Positions 40,840-51,343 are shown, counted from the first letter of the stretch. The stretch is DNA of 64,000 nucleotides from Ignavibacteriota bacterium (GCA_963801355.1 CAWDEM010000008.1:2880001-2944000), one strand, 5' to 3'. Numbers and translations: made by a program. The notes: generated by a model not told the origin, from the letters alone.

Positions 40840-40868
40840 TTGTTTTTCTTGAGGGTTCTTGCTACAAT
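40840..40868 (+). promoter_or_regulatory. sigma70-type promoter of gltA
   Basis: TTGTTT-17 nt-TACAAT with an extended -10 TG. Confidence 0.5.
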
Positions 40869-40920
40869 CGTACATTAGACCCAGGTTGTTGAAATTCTCA
40901 CCCCCACACAGGAGGTTCCC

Positions 40921-42228
40921 ATGCACGCTGCCGGCGATACCGTTAAAACAACGTTGACGATTACAGACAACCGGACCGGGAAAGTCTACGAAGTGCCGAT
41001 CGAGCATGACACGATACGTGCCACCGATCTCCGCCAGATCAAGGTCAATCCGGATGATTTCGGCATGATGACCTATGATCCGGCCTATATGAACACCGCC
41101 TCCTGCAGGAGCACGATCACGTTCATCGATGGCGACAAAGGGATCCTGGAATACCGTGGTTATCCCATCGACCAGCTTGCCGAGCGCTGTTCCTATCTCG
41201 AAGTGGCGTATCTGCTGCTCAAGGGCGAGTTGCCGAACAAGTCACAACTCGCGCAGTGGTCATCGCAGATCACCACGCATACGTTCGTTCACGAGAACAT
41301 CAAGAAACTCATGGACGGGTTCCATTACGATGCACATCCGATGGGCATGTTTGTGAGCACGATCGCTGCGCTCTCCACATTCTATCCTTCGGCGAAGAAT
41401 GTCCAGGACCCCGCGGAGAGGGAGCTGACCTTCTTCAGGCTCATCGCCAAGGCACCGACGCTTGCAGCATACGCCTACCGCCACAGCATCGGCATGCCGT
41501 ACGTACACCCCGACAACGAACTCTCGTTTGCAGGAAATTTCCTGAACATGATGTACCGCGTTGCCGAACCGAAGTACAAGCCAAACCCGATTCTGGAAAA
41601 AGCACTCGACGTATTGTTCATACTTCATGCGGACCACGAGCAGAACTGCAGCACGAGTGCCATGCGCAGCGTGGGAAGCTCCCTGGTGGATCCGTACAGC
41701 GCCGCGGCAGCGGCCGCGGCAGCCCTGTATGGTCCTCTCCACGGCGGCGCGAACGAAGCGGTGCTCCGCATGCTCGACGAAATCGGTACCAAGGAGAAAA
41801 TCCCCGCATTCATCAAAGAAGTCAAGGACGGCAAAGGCCGCCTGATGGGGTTTGGGCATCGCGTCTATAAGAACTACGATCCGCGCGCAAACATCATCAA
41901 GCGCCTGGCCGATCAGGTCTTCGAGGTCACGGGCCGCAATCCGAAGCTCGATATCGCCCTTGAACTGGAACGCATCGCCCTGCAGGACGATTACTTCATC
42001 AAGCGGAAGCTCTATCCGAACGTCGATTTCTACTCGGGCTTGATCTATCAGGCGATGAAGTTCCCCGTTGACATGTTCCCTGTCCTGTTCGCCCTGGGAC
42101 GGATGTCCGGTTGGCTGGCACAGTGGGCTGAAATGCTCGCGGACAAGGAGCAGAAGATCACGCGTCCCCGCCAGGTCTTCCTTGGCTCCGCCAGACGCGA
42201 AGTTTCCCTGCTCAGCCAGCGTCAATAG
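40921..42228 (+). CDS. gltA: Citrate synthase
   Basis: LHADHEQNCST, GPLHGGANE, MGFGHRVYK, YPNVDFYSG. Confidence 0.96.
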   Translation: MHAAGDTVKTTLTITDNRTGKVYEVPIEHDTIRATDLRQIKVNPDDFGMMTYDPAYMNTASCRSTITFIDGDKGILEYRGYPIDQLAERCSYLEVAYLLLKGELPNKSQLAQWSSQITTHTFVHENIKKLMDGFHYDAHPMGMFVSTIAALSTFYPSAKNVQDPAERELTFFRLIAKAPTLAAYAYRHSIGMPYVHPDNELSFAGNFLNMMYRVAEPKYKPNPILEKALDVLFILHADHEQNCSTSAMRSVGSSLVDPYSAAAAAAAALYGPLHGGANEAVLRMLDEIGTKEKIPAFIKEVKDGKGRLMGFGHRVYKNYDPRANIIKRLADQVFEVTGRNPKLDIALELERIALQDDYFIKRKLYPNVDFYSGLIYQAMKFPVDMFPVLFALGRMSGWLAQWAEMLADKEQKITRPRQVFLGSARREVSLLSQRQ

Positions 42229-42246
42229 CTGCCTCAATGACCACAT

Positions 42247-42287
42247 CCGCGGAGACGATGGGGCTTTCTGTCTCAACGTCTCCGCGG
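42247..42287. terminator. Hairpin after gltA (terminator or mRNA-stabilising stem)
   Basis: Perfect 11-bp inverted repeat CCGCGGAGACG / CGTCTCCGCGG; no clear U-tract. Confidence 0.5.
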
Positions 42288-42297
42288 TGACATTTTC

Positions 42298-43422
42298 ATG
42301 ACACCCCGTCCTCTCGCAATCCTCCAGACCTGCTTCTCCCGATCCTGGGGAGGCCTGGAGATGCAAGCACTTGAACTCTCCCTTGGCTTGCGGAAGAGGG
42401 GGCATGACGTCACGCTTGCCCTCCCCCCCGGCAGCCGCCTTGCATCGGAAGCCGCGCACCACGAACTCACGCTTCTCCCCCTCGATGTCACCGGGTATGT
42501 GCACCCGTTGATAGTGCGGCGCCTGAGCAGGGCCCTGCGCTCCGGCTCCACCGACGTCATCCATTGCCAGCATTCACGGGACCTCGCCACGGTTGTGCCC
42601 GCAATGCGGCTCTGCGGCCGGACCATCCCCATCGTGCTGAGCAAACGTGTCGGCTCCTCTATCACCAAGAAAGATTTCTTCCACAGATATACGCACCGGC
42701 ATATCAGCAGAGTACTGGCAATCAGCGATGTGATCCACCGGAATGTTCTTGCCACCACACCCGTGCCGCCGGAACGTGTCCTGACGGTGCATGATGCCGT
42801 CGATACGACACTCTTTTCCCCCGATACGGTGGACCGGTTCAGTGTGAGACGGGAAGCGGGAATGCCGGATGATGCGCTCGTCGTGGGATTTGTCGGCCGG
42901 TTTTCCCCCGGGAAAGGACTCGAAGAGCTCCTGCAGGCCGCGCAACTGTTACACAGGCAACACCCTGCAGTGCGGTACCTCATTGCGGGCGAAGCCAGTC
43001 ACGGAGAGGAGGCATACGCCGCCTCCATTCACGATCTGGCCCGGCGCCTCGGGATACAGGACATCGTCCGGTTCATGGGATTCCGCAGTGATGTCCCCGC
43101 GGTGATGGCTTCGTTCGATATACTCGCCTTTCCGTCGCACGCGGAGTCGTTCGGCGTCGTATTGATCGAAGCAATGGCGATGGGAAAACCCGTGGTATCC
43201 ACGAATTGCGACGGCGTGCTGGACATCGTTGTGAACGGCACGACCGGACTCATGGTGCCGCCGAAGGACCCCGGAGCTCTGGCGCACGGGCTGGAACAGG
43301 TGATTCTCGATGCGGATCTTCGCCTGCGCATGGGCGCCGCGGGGCGTGCGCGCGTACTGGAGTTTTTTGACCGGACGGTCCAGCTCCGGACACTGGAGGA
43401 AATCTACTTCTCTTTGCTCTGA
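42298..43422 (+). CDS. GT4 glycosyltransferase
   Basis: SWGGLE, VGRFSPGKG, ESFGVVLIEAMA. Confidence 0.9.
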   Translation: MTPRPLAILQTCFSRSWGGLEMQALELSLGLRKRGHDVTLALPPGSRLASEAAHHELTLLPLDVTGYVHPLIVRRLSRALRSGSTDVIHCQHSRDLATVVPAMRLCGRTIPIVLSKRVGSSITKKDFFHRYTHRHISRVLAISDVIHRNVLATTPVPPERVLTVHDAVDTTLFSPDTVDRFSVRREAGMPDDALVVGFVGRFSPGKGLEELLQAAQLLHRQHPAVRYLIAGEASHGEEAYAASIHDLARRLGIQDIVRFMGFRSDVPAVMASFDILAFPSHAESFGVVLIEAMAMGKPVVSTNCDGVLDIVVNGTTGLMVPPKDPGALAHGLEQVILDADLRLRMGAAGRARVLEFFDRTVQLRTLEEIYFSLL

Positions 43423-45172
43423 AGTCTCCCCACCGGATACACTCCCACAGCGGGATCACTCCACGGCGAATGCTGATAGAGCCAATTCAGACGGGCGTCA
43501 GGATGTGACGCAAAGGCCGAGTCGGTCCGGACGAGTTCTTCGTACACCTGCCGCAGGGCGGGCTGTTGTGCAAGCATCGCCGCACCAATCTTCTCCATTA
43601 CGTACCCTTCGGCGTACTCTTTCTGTTCGAAGATGCCATTCATGAATCCCCATGCAACAAAGGAGTCGGGACTGCGGGGTTCGAGGAGGTGCACAAGCAC
43701 CCTTGCCGACCGCTGCCGCGTCGAGATGAGCAGGCTGCCCGCCGGAAAGTACCGGCGTTCGTGAACCGGCAACGCTTTCAGCTCCACCCTCTGCCTCCCC
43801 TCATTCGGCCTCCCGGCAAACTGGACGTCACTGAAGCGGTAGGAGGTAATGGCGAGCGTGTCGGCGCGCGGAAGTTGTGTATAGCGGATGCCATGCACGC
43901 GCAGCAGCTCAGGCAGAAACGTCAGCTCCGGAGGTGCCACGTATGCCTCGGGAATGCTTACCGAATCCTCCGCAATCGTCTCATCATAGAAGGGAAGCTC
44001 CAGCTCAACGGGTTCGCCTGTGTACACAATCCGTGTGCCGCCGCTGAGCGGGCTCGGCTCGACCAGCTGCTTGATTCCGAGGAAATGCCGCATATGGAAC
44101 CCCGGCCCCGCCGTGAAGCGGAGAGGAATAACCGGTGCCGGCGGGTCTCCGCTCTCCAGGCGCCTGTCGGCAACCTGCACGGCATTCCTCAACCGGGATA
44201 CGGAATTCCGCACCGCCTGCAGTGATGCCTTCAGGAATTGATACGTTGCACTGACCCGTGTCCGGTACGGTTTCAGACTGTGCGTTTCGATGAGAAGCGC
44301 CGGCCTGTTTTGCAGCGCGGCGTATCCGGTGGAGAAGCGGGGGGTGGACGCGCCTCCGCCGCGCAACCCTTTGGAAAGGTCGACATCCTCCCGCGGCATC
44401 ACATACCAGAATACCTTGTGACCCGAGGCCTCGACCTCCGGCAGGACCACGGGCAGGAACCATTCACGGGCCCAGCCTGACACCGTGGCATCGATATTCG
44501 CTTCCAGTTCCATGGTGTAGGTCACGTCATACTGGAAGTCAATCCCATCGGTGACATGGCAGTCTATATAGAGATCCGGCAGCCACGCGGCGAACAGCTT
44601 CAAGAGTGCACGCATCTCCGGAGTATCGGCCTTCATGTAGTCGCGGTTCAGATTCAGGTTCTGTGCCGTCATCCGCCATCCCATTTCGGCCGGGCCCAGT
44701 TCTGATTGATGCGGTTGTACGGTCCAAAGCGTTCGTGGCCGTCGACATTGAAGATGGGCACGAACAACAGTACCAGGCTGTCGAGAATGCCGGGAAACTG
44801 TTTGCGAACCACGATGTCCCGGATCAGCATGAGCCCGGCATCCTTCCCGTCGATTTCACCTGCGTGAATGCCGGCCTGGACAAGCACCACGGCCTTTCCG
44901 GCCTGCCGTGCGGAGGCCGGCGTAAAGGAGCGGTCGCCGGAAACGATCACCAACGGGAGGGCCCGTCCCTGTGCGCTCTGACCGAACGACGTGACGTGGA
45001 CAAGAGGAGAGAATGCGGCCAGGCGCCGGCAGTATGCAAGAGTGCTGTCGTACCGCGGCGTTCGCAATCCGCCGCTGGCCTCGAAGTACGTTTCCCATGG
45101 GTCGTGCGTGGAAGTCTGCGCACACAACGTCGCTCCACCGGCCAGGAGCAGGAATGTGAGGAGGTATTTCAT
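43404..45172 (-). pseudogene. Exported M14 zinc carboxypeptidase-like protein, frameshifted near 44697 (real lesion or sequencing error)
   Basis: 5' ORF: signal peptide, GIHAGEIDG, NVDGHE, RINQN; 3' ORF: MGWRMTAQNLNLNRD, DCHVTDG, IETH. Removing 2 nt from AAC-tg-GGC-CCG-GCC-GAA-ATG gives NGPAEMGW. Confidence 0.82.
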
Positions 45173-45207
45173 GAGTTCATTCCCGAAAGATATGCGGACA
45201 TCACCAC

Positions 45208-45552
45208 TCACCGGACCCAGATGATGAGTATTCCAGGATTTCCATGCACCAGATCGGGATCATCGTACATTCCGGCCTCGAGGCGCATTTTCTGTGTCGT
45301 GGGTTCCAAGTGGGTATAGACTTCTCCGTTGATGATTGCCCGGAATCGCGACCGGTGTTTGAAAGCCCAGTTGCGCGCAAGGGTCAGCGTCGATCCTCCC
45401 TGACCGGTACTGCCGTAGCCATGGATGATCTTCAGAATGTGCAACGTCGGGGAATTCCGGACCGTCTGCCAGGCAAGCTCCATATCCTCTTCGGCACGAT
45501 CCGGATGACGCGGCGGGTGTGCAACGTCAATTGTGTAGACGGGGGACATCAC
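45208..45552 (-). CDS. Stand-alone Smr-like domain protein
   Basis: [14 protein letters not shown] and [10 protein letters not shown]; GTGA overlap with copA stop (ATG 45549 alternative). Confidence 0.72.
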   Translation of the reverse strand: MMSPVYTIDVAHPPRHPDRAEEDMELAWQTVRNSPTLHILKIIHGYGSTGQGGSTLTLARNWAFKHRSRFRAIINGEVYTHLEPTTQKMRLEAGMYDDPDLVHGNPGILIIWVR

Positions 45553-47801
45553 GGAAGATGCCGGAGGCGTAATGAATTGGTCACCACGCTGACGGAACTG
45601 AAGGCCATTGCCAGGGCGGCCACCATGGGATGGAGCAGACCGAACGCCGCCAGGGGAATGCCGACCACATTATAGAAGAACGCCCAGAAGAAATTCTGGC
45701 GGATGATGTGCACAGTGCGCTGCGACAGCTCGATCGCGCGCGGCACAGCGCGAAGATCTGACGACATGACCGTAATGTCCGCCGTCTCCATTGCCGCATC
45801 CGTTCCCGAACTGAGTGCGATACTCAGATCGGCCTGCGCCAGGGCCGGTGTGTCGTTGATGCCGTCCCCGACCATTGCCACGCTATGGCCGCGGCGGCGG
45901 CGTTGCATGATGTATTCCGCCTTTCCGGCAGGAAGGACACCGGACACAACTTCATCCACACCCGCAGCTTTCCCGATGGCAGCAGCGATACGCTCTCCGT
46001 CCCCCGTGAGCAGCACCGTAGCCAATCCCATGGCACGGAGACGCGCAATTGTCTCAGGCGCCTCCGGACGGAGTGTGTCGGCCAGGGCGATCAGGCCCTG
46101 CAGCCTGCCAGCCCGGCAGACGTACACCACTGTTTTTCCCTCACCAGCCAACCTGACCGCTTCCGCGTCGAGAGCACCGGTATCCACACCATGGCTGCGC
46201 AGAAACGCGCCGGACCCCGCCAGAACCTGTTCCCCTTCCAGAATCCCTTCGATACCCTCGCCGGGGACTGCATGGAAGTCCGTTGCAGTGGGAATCGCCG
46301 CAGCGGCTTCCCGGGCCGCGCTGACAATGGCTGACGCCAGAGGATGCTCCGAGAGTCGTTCCACCGAAGCCGCAATCGTGAGGACGTAGTCGCGGGATGT
46401 GTCGATGGTATTGACATCCGTCACAACAGGAGTGCCATGGGTGAGTGTGCCGGTCTTGTCAAAGACGATGGTACGGACTTTTCTTGCACGCTCCAGCGCA
46501 TCGGCATTCTTCACATAGATTCCATGCGTTGCTCCTGTGCCGGTGCCGACAATGATGGCTGTCGGGGTTGCCAGACCTAATGCACACGGGCATGCGATGA
46601 TCAGGACTGCAATTGCCCGTGTGAGGGCCGTGCCGGCCGGTTCACCTGCCGCGAAGTACCATCCCAGAAACGTTGCCAGCGCAGCGACCATGACAGCCGG
46701 AACGAAGACCGCAGCGATTGCATCGGCAATTCGCTGAACGGGGGGCTTCTCGGCCTGGGCGCGTTCAACCATGCGAATAATCTGTGCCAGCACTGTCTCC
46801 TGACCCACCGCGGTCGCGCGGAACAGAAAACTTCCCTGCCGGTTGAGTGTGCCTGACAGGACTTTCACCCCGGGGCCTTTCTCGACGGGGAGGCTCTCTC
46901 CTGTCATCATGGATTCGTCGACTGAAGAGGCTCCCTCCGCAATGATGCCGTCGACGGGAATCCGGTCGCCCGGCCTCACGCGCAGCAGATCGCCCGGCAG
47001 AAGGTGGGCCACGGGAATTTCTTCTTCCACCCCGCCGCGCACGACAGTCGCGACGGTGGGCTGAAGGGAGAATAGAGCTCGCAGTGCGGTCGTCGCCCGG
47101 CTTTTCGCGCGTGCTTCGAGCCATTTCCCGAGGAGGATCAGCGTAATGATGGTGGCGCTGGTGTCGAAATAGACATGCCCGGGAGCCTGGTGTCCCGGGG
47201 CGGCGAGTTGATACACCACAGAGGCGGCGCTGGCGGCATACGCTGTACCGGTACCGATCGCCACCAGCGTGTTCATGTCTGCGGTTCCGTGACGCAGCCC
47301 CTTCCAGGCCGCAATGAAAAACTGCCGTCCCGCGACGAAGAGCACCGGGGTTGTCAGCAGCAGAAGGAGGAGGTTCAGCCACTGTGCCGCCGGGGCCGGC
47401 AGTGCCGCGGGCGGCGGAGCCGCGTTCATGGACAGCATGCTCAACACCATTACCGGCACCGCCAGTGAGGCACTCAGAAAGAACAATTTCTTTTGGCGCT
47501 CCCCGGGGGATGTTTCAGCATCCCCGGAAGGCGTGTCGACTCCTCCCTCCGCCCTACGCCGCCGCAAGACATATCCGGCCTCTTCAACGGCTGCACTCAG
47601 GCTGTCGAACGACGTCTGTTCGGGATCAAAGGTTACGGTCGCCGCCTCGGTGGCAAGATTCACGCTCACAGAGCCGACACCGCTCACCCTCCCGAGCGCC
47701 TTCTCCACACGGCGGACGCAACTGGCACACGTCATTCCTTCCACCGGAAGGGTCAGTGTGGAGATCACCGGAAGCGGGGCACCGGAGTCTATGGGAGCCA
47801 T
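45549..47801 (-). CDS. copA: Cu(I)-translocating P1B-1 ATPase
   Basis: GMTCASC, TGES, CPC, DKTGT, GDGIND, YN and MAFSS. Confidence 0.93.
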   Translation of the reverse strand: MAPIDSGAPLPVISTLTLPVEGMTCASCVRRVEKALGRVSGVGSVSVNLATEAATVTFDPEQTSFDSLSAAVEEAGYVLRRRRAEGGVDTPSGDAETSPGERQKKLFFLSASLAVPVMVLSMLSMNAAPPPAALPAPAAQWLNLLLLLLTTPVLFVAGRQFFIAAWKGLRHGTADMNTLVAIGTGTAYAASAASVVYQLAAPGHQAPGHVYFDTSATIITLILLGKWLEARAKSRATTALRALFSLQPTVATVVRGGVEEEIPVAHLLPGDLLRVRPGDRIPVDGIIAEGASSVDESMMTGESLPVEKGPGVKVLSGTLNRQGSFLFRATAVGQETVLAQIIRMVERAQAEKPPVQRIADAIAAVFVPAVMVAALATFLGWYFAAGEPAGTALTRAIAVLIIACPCALGLATPTAIIVGTGTGATHGIYVKNADALERARKVRTIVFDKTGTLTHGTPVVTDVNTIDTSRDYVLTIAASVERLSEHPLASAIVSAAREAAAAIPTATDFHAVPGEGIEGILEGEQVLAGSGAFLRSHGVDTGALDAEAVRLAGEGKTVVYVCRAGRLQGLIALADTLRPEAPETIARLRAMGLATVLLTGDGERIAAAIGKAAGVDEVVSGVLPAGKAEYIMQRRRRGHSVAMVGDGINDTPALAQADLSIALSSGTDAAMETADITVMSSDLRAVPRAIELSQRTVHIIRQNFFWAFFYNVVGIPLAAFGLLHPMVAALAMAFSSVSVVTNSLRLRHLP

Positions 47802-47810
47802 TGGTCGCAA

Positions 47811-48014
47811 TCAGTTCGTCGGCGTGTAGCCCGCCTCCGTGATGGCGGCACGCACGCGAACCAGGGCGGCCTCCGGGTCGTCGGCGCTGAACACCACCGC
47901 CCCCACCCGCACGACTTTAAGCGAAATGCCGGGGACCTTCTGGAGTGACTCCTTCACCGTCATCACGCAGTGCTGACAGCTCATCCCCTCAATGCGAATC
48001 TCACGCTCTTGCAT
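47811..48014 (-). CDS. copZ: HMA-domain copper chaperone (CopZ-like)
   Basis: IEGMSCQHC...EAGY; AGGA RBS; adjacent to copA. Confidence 0.85.
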   Translation of the reverse strand: MQEREIRIEGMSCQHCVMTVKESLQKVPGISLKVVRVGAVVFSADDPEAALVRVRAAITEAGYTPTN

Positions 48015-48038
48015 ATCTTGTCCTTTCCCGGGATACAT

Positions 48039-48073
48039 GTGTTCGTACCAGTAATGGTGTTCGTGCCAGTAAT
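48039..48073. repeat. 17-bp direct repeat (period 18) over the copZ start-site region
   Basis: gtgttcgtaccagtaat 48039-48055 and gtgttcgtgccagtaat 48057-48073. Confidence 0.8.
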
Positions 48074-48099
48074 ATAGAGACAGCCCGCCGAAGGTGCAA
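48071..48099 (-). promoter_or_regulatory. sigma70-type promoter of copZA
   Basis: TTGCAC-17 nt-TATATT. Confidence 0.6.
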
Positions 48100-48110
48100 A
48101 CTGACGGACT

Positions 48111-48139
48111 TTGAAGTTCTGTCGCTCCTTCTGTATCTT
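48111..48139 (+). promoter_or_regulatory. sigma70-type promoter of the CoA-pyrophosphatase gene (probably leaderless)
   Basis: TTGAAG-17 nt-TATCTT, 6 nt before ATG 48146. Confidence 0.55.
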
Positions 48140-48145
48140 GTATCC

Positions 48146-48736
48146 ATGCTCTGGTCATCCGATGATATCTGCAATCTTCTTGCGCACGCCCGGCGACAGA
48201 CGGCCCGGAAGAGTATTGTGCGCGAAGGACTTATCCCCTCCGCCGTCCTCGTCCCGCTGGTGTCCATACAAGGCGAGACCCACCTGCTGCTCACGCGACG
48301 GACGGATACGGTGCAGACGCATAAGGGACACATCGCGTTTCCCGGAGGCATGGTGGATGAGGATGATCGTGACAGAACTGCCACGGCATTGAGGGAGACG
48401 AAAGAGGAACTCGGGATCGCTGCCGATGAAATCCTTACCATCGGCCTGCTTGATGACCTGGCCACGCCGACCGGATTTGTTATCACTCCTGTCGTCGGAT
48501 TCCTGGGCAAAGCGCCCGACATGTCGCCGAGCGCCGCGGAGGTCGCCGAAGTCTTCTTTGTTCCGTTGTCCTTTCTGGGGGACGAACGACATCGCCGCCG
48601 CGAAACCAGAATCACCGAGTTCGGTCCGCGCGAGACGTGGCGCTATGACTACGAGGGCCGTGTCATCTGGGGGGCCACGGCGGCGATCATTCGCGATCTC
48701 ATGAGCCTGCTGCACCCTTCATCCTCCGGCCGGTGA
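48146..48736 (+). CDS. CoA pyrophosphatase (NudL/PCD1-like NUDIX)
   Basis: SAVLVPL, LLTRR..THKGHIAFPGG, TALRETKEELG, IWGATA. Confidence 0.88.
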   Translation: MLWSSDDICNLLAHARRQTARKSIVREGLIPSAVLVPLVSIQGETHLLLTRRTDTVQTHKGHIAFPGGMVDEDDRDRTATALRETKEELGIAADEILTIGLLDDLATPTGFVITPVVGFLGKAPDMSPSAAEVAEVFFVPLSFLGDERHRRRETRITEFGPRETWRYDYEGRVIWGATAAIIRDLMSLLHPSSSGR

Positions 48737-48737
48737 A

Positions 48738-49337
48738 TCATCCCGCCATCGCAATTTCCGAAGGAACAAAGCGATCACCCACGGCATACCCTCTGGCACT
48801 CGCGTAGTCTTTCAACCGTGAGAAGAGGATCGACCGCGCCCTGTGCAAACGGGAGCGCACGGTGCCGATGGGGATATTCAGGAGCTGGGCGATTTCTTCA
48901 TACGGCATATCTTCAAGATCTCGCAGCATGACCACGCTCTTGAATTTGTCGGGCAATGCCGCGATCGCCCCGGCCATCTCATCGTCGAACATACGGCTTT
49001 CCATCATGTCCCGGAGATCGGGCATATCCTTTCCCGATGTCGACATCTGGTACGGTGTGATCTGCTCGTCAAATTCCACCATATCCGGCTGGCGGTGAAC
49101 CCGGCGATACTCGTTGATGAACGTGTTCTTCATGATCCGGTAGAGCCACGCTTTGGCATTCGTGCCGGCCTCGAACTTGTCGAAGAAACGAAAGGCCTTT
49201 AAGTAGGTATCCTGGAGAAGATCCGCGGCCTGTTCGCGGTTCCCGGAAAGGTACATGGCGTAGTTGAACAGCATATCCGTGTACGGCATCATTTGCTTCT
49301 TAAACATCTCTTGGCGTTTGACATCGATCAGTCTCAT
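48738..49337 (-). CDS. ECF sigma factor, SigH/SigR-like
   Basis: DLLQDTYLKAFRFFDKFEAGTNAKAWLYRIMKNTFINEYRR; YEEIAQLLNIPIGTVRSRLHRAR. Confidence 0.92.
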   Translation of the reverse strand: MRLIDVKRQEMFKKQMMPYTDMLFNYAMYLSGNREQAADLLQDTYLKAFRFFDKFEAGTNAKAWLYRIMKNTFINEYRRVHRQPDMVEFDEQITPYQMSTSGKDMPDLRDMMESRMFDDEMAGAIAALPDKFKSVVMLRDLEDMPYEEIAQLLNIPIGTVRSRLHRARSILFSRLKDYASARGYAVGDRFVPSEIAMAG

Positions 49338-49413
49338 TGTTCTTTCGCTCCTTCCTCTTGCCCCGGTAGGGTTGAATCATCTGAAATGTGCGGTTTGGAC
49401 GATTTAATATTCA

Positions 49414-49440
49414 TAACGCAACCCTGGCAAAAAGGGTTCC
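49414..49440 (-). promoter_or_regulatory. ECF (SigH/SigR-type) autoregulatory promoter
   Basis: GGAAC-17 nt-CGTTA upstream of the sigma gene, just past the upstream terminator. Confidence 0.65.
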
Positions 49441-49443
49441 CGC

Positions 49444-49478
49444 AAAAAAAGGGGCCGCCCCGGAGTACGGAGCGGCCT
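49444..49478 (-). terminator. Intrinsic terminator of the exbB-TPR operon
   Basis: AGGCCGCTCCG-tactc-CGGGGCGGCCC stem followed by T7. Confidence 0.8.
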
Positions 49479-49511
49479 GAGAAAGCCTTCGAAATCCATT
49501 CAAAGAGGCCT

Positions 49512-51341
49512 TTATTTGGCCCCCGGACAGCCAATCCGCTCAATTGACTTCTTTGCATCCTCATTTCGTGGATCGAGCTTGAGTACCTTCCGCAACTCGC
49601 TGCAGGCTTCCTCCTGGAGCTTCTTGTTCACGGCGTCTTCTCCTTCTTTCCGTGACCGGATAAGTCCTTGCGCAAGCCAGAGGTGCCCTTGAGAATTGCC
49701 GGGGTCCAGATCAATCGTCCGCCGGAACAGACGGATGCACTCTTCGATTTTCTTGTCATTATCTGCGGCGTCGCCCGTTGGATCGAGTGTCTGCATCACC
49801 GCCTGGCCCCAGGTGAGTCGCAGGCTGGCATCTTCGTATCCGTATCCTGAGGCACGCCGGAATGATTCGACGGCCTGTCCGAACTGCTGCCTCCGGAAGT
49901 AGTACATGCCCAGGAGGTAGTGTGCTTCGGCGGCCTCCTTTTTGTATTTGTCCACATTGGGCCCGATCTGCTTCAGCACCGAATCATATTCCGCCTTGGC
50001 GTTGTCAAGCGAATCGACTTGCGTATAGTATCTGGCCAGCCAGAGCCGAGCGGGGAGATAATCCGGCCGCTTTTCGATCGTCGTCACGAGCAGTTCGCGC
50101 ACACGCGGGAAATTTTTTGTCTGCATGTGCGATGCCGCGGCATTCAGATACGCTGCGAGGGACATCGACCGGGGATCGCAAGCGATGCGTTTGTCGAACA
50201 TTGCCGCCGCCTGTTGATAGTCCTTCTTCTTCATGTAGATCGATCCAAGACTGAAGTACGCATCGCAATTCGTCGAGTCCATCGTGATTGCTTCGGTGAG
50301 CGATTTGAGCGCCTCGTCGTCGCGCCCCAGCCGGAACAGCGACAACCCGTACTTGTCCTGATCTTCCGGTAAGAACGCCTTCCGGCGTTTGAGCGCTTCA
50401 TATGACGCGAGCGCATCCGCAAATTCTCTCGTCTCCACCTGGGATTGCGCCAGCAGGCGCCAGACATCGGCATTTGCGGAGTCGAGTTTCAACGACCGTT
50501 TGGCTTCTTTCACGACTGCTGAATCATCACCCGCACCCGACAGCGCCTTCACATACAGGACCGACCCTTCGACGGATTTCGGCCGCAACCCCGTATACGT
50601 CTTCAGCGCGGGCACCGCCTGCTTGTACATCTTCGCGCGGAGATAGATATTCCCTTCCTGTACATACGCTTCGGCATTTGTTGAATCAAGTTTGATGATT
50701 TCGTCAAACTGCTTCACGGCTTCGGTGTATTGACGGTTCTTCTCATGGAACTTCGCAAGTTTGACATGCCGTTCGGTTGAGAGGGAATCGAGGTCAATGG
50801 CCTTCTGATAATTCATCACAGCCATCGGCACGACATTCTGTTTGGCAAACGCATCGCCCAGAGCGTCATAGATCGAAGGATCATCCGGTGTGGATTCCTT
50901 CGCGCGGGTCAGGTGCAGGATGGCGCCATCCAGGGAATCGGCGGCCAGCAGTGCCTTCCCGTACGATGCCGCGACAGCGGCATTCTTGGGCGCGAGTTTC
51001 ATCACCCGGCGGAACCGTGCGATCGCACCCTGCGTATCGCCCAGCTTCAACTCGCACTCGCCGAGATACCGGAGCGATTCGACGTTTTCATCGTCAATTC
51101 TGACCGACTCATCAAAATTCTTCTTCGCTTCGGCAAATTGACCGCGGGAAAACTTGATAACACCGAGATAATAGTGCACATCCCCGGTCTTCTGCCCTGC
51201 CTTGAGCGCTTGCTCCAGATTGGTGATCGCTGTGGCGGTATCTTTGACTCCCAACGCAACCTTCGCTTTGGACAAATAATCCTGGCCGTAACCAATACTC
51301 ACGACACACCCGAGGAGCAACACCGCGATGGTTCGTTTCAT
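49512..51341 (-). CDS. Exported tetratricopeptide-repeat protein
   Basis: Signal peptide; many TPR units (HYYLG, YDALGD, AYFSLG, LKLDPRN). Confidence 0.9.
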   Translation of the reverse strand: MKRTIAVLLLGCVVSIGYGQDYLSKAKVALGVKDTATAITNLEQALKAGQKTGDVHYYLGVIKFSRGQFAEAKKNFDESVRIDDENVESLRYLGECELKLGDTQGAIARFRRVMKLAPKNAAVAASYGKALLAADSLDGAILHLTRAKESTPDDPSIYDALGDAFAKQNVVPMAVMNYQKAIDLDSLSTERHVKLAKFHEKNRQYTEAVKQFDEIIKLDSTNAEAYVQEGNIYLRAKMYKQAVPALKTYTGLRPKSVEGSVLYVKALSGAGDDSAVVKEAKRSLKLDSANADVWRLLAQSQVETREFADALASYEALKRRKAFLPEDQDKYGLSLFRLGRDDEALKSLTEAITMDSTNCDAYFSLGSIYMKKKDYQQAAAMFDKRIACDPRSMSLAAYLNAAASHMQTKNFPRVRELLVTTIEKRPDYLPARLWLARYYTQVDSLDNAKAEYDSVLKQIGPNVDKYKKEAAEAHYLLGMYYFRRQQFGQAVESFRRASGYGYEDASLRLTWGQAVMQTLDPTGDAADNDKKIEECIRLFRRTIDLDPGNSQGHLWLAQGLIRSRKEGEDAVNKKLQEEACSELRKVLKLDPRNEDAKKSIERIGCPGAK

Positions 51342-51343
51342 GA

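Noticed and set aside
49334-49414. 26-codon uORF (MNIKSS...KEQ) overlapping the ECF start
   Set aside because: Its ATG overlaps the predicted -10 element and lies past a terminator, so it is unlikely to be transcribed intact
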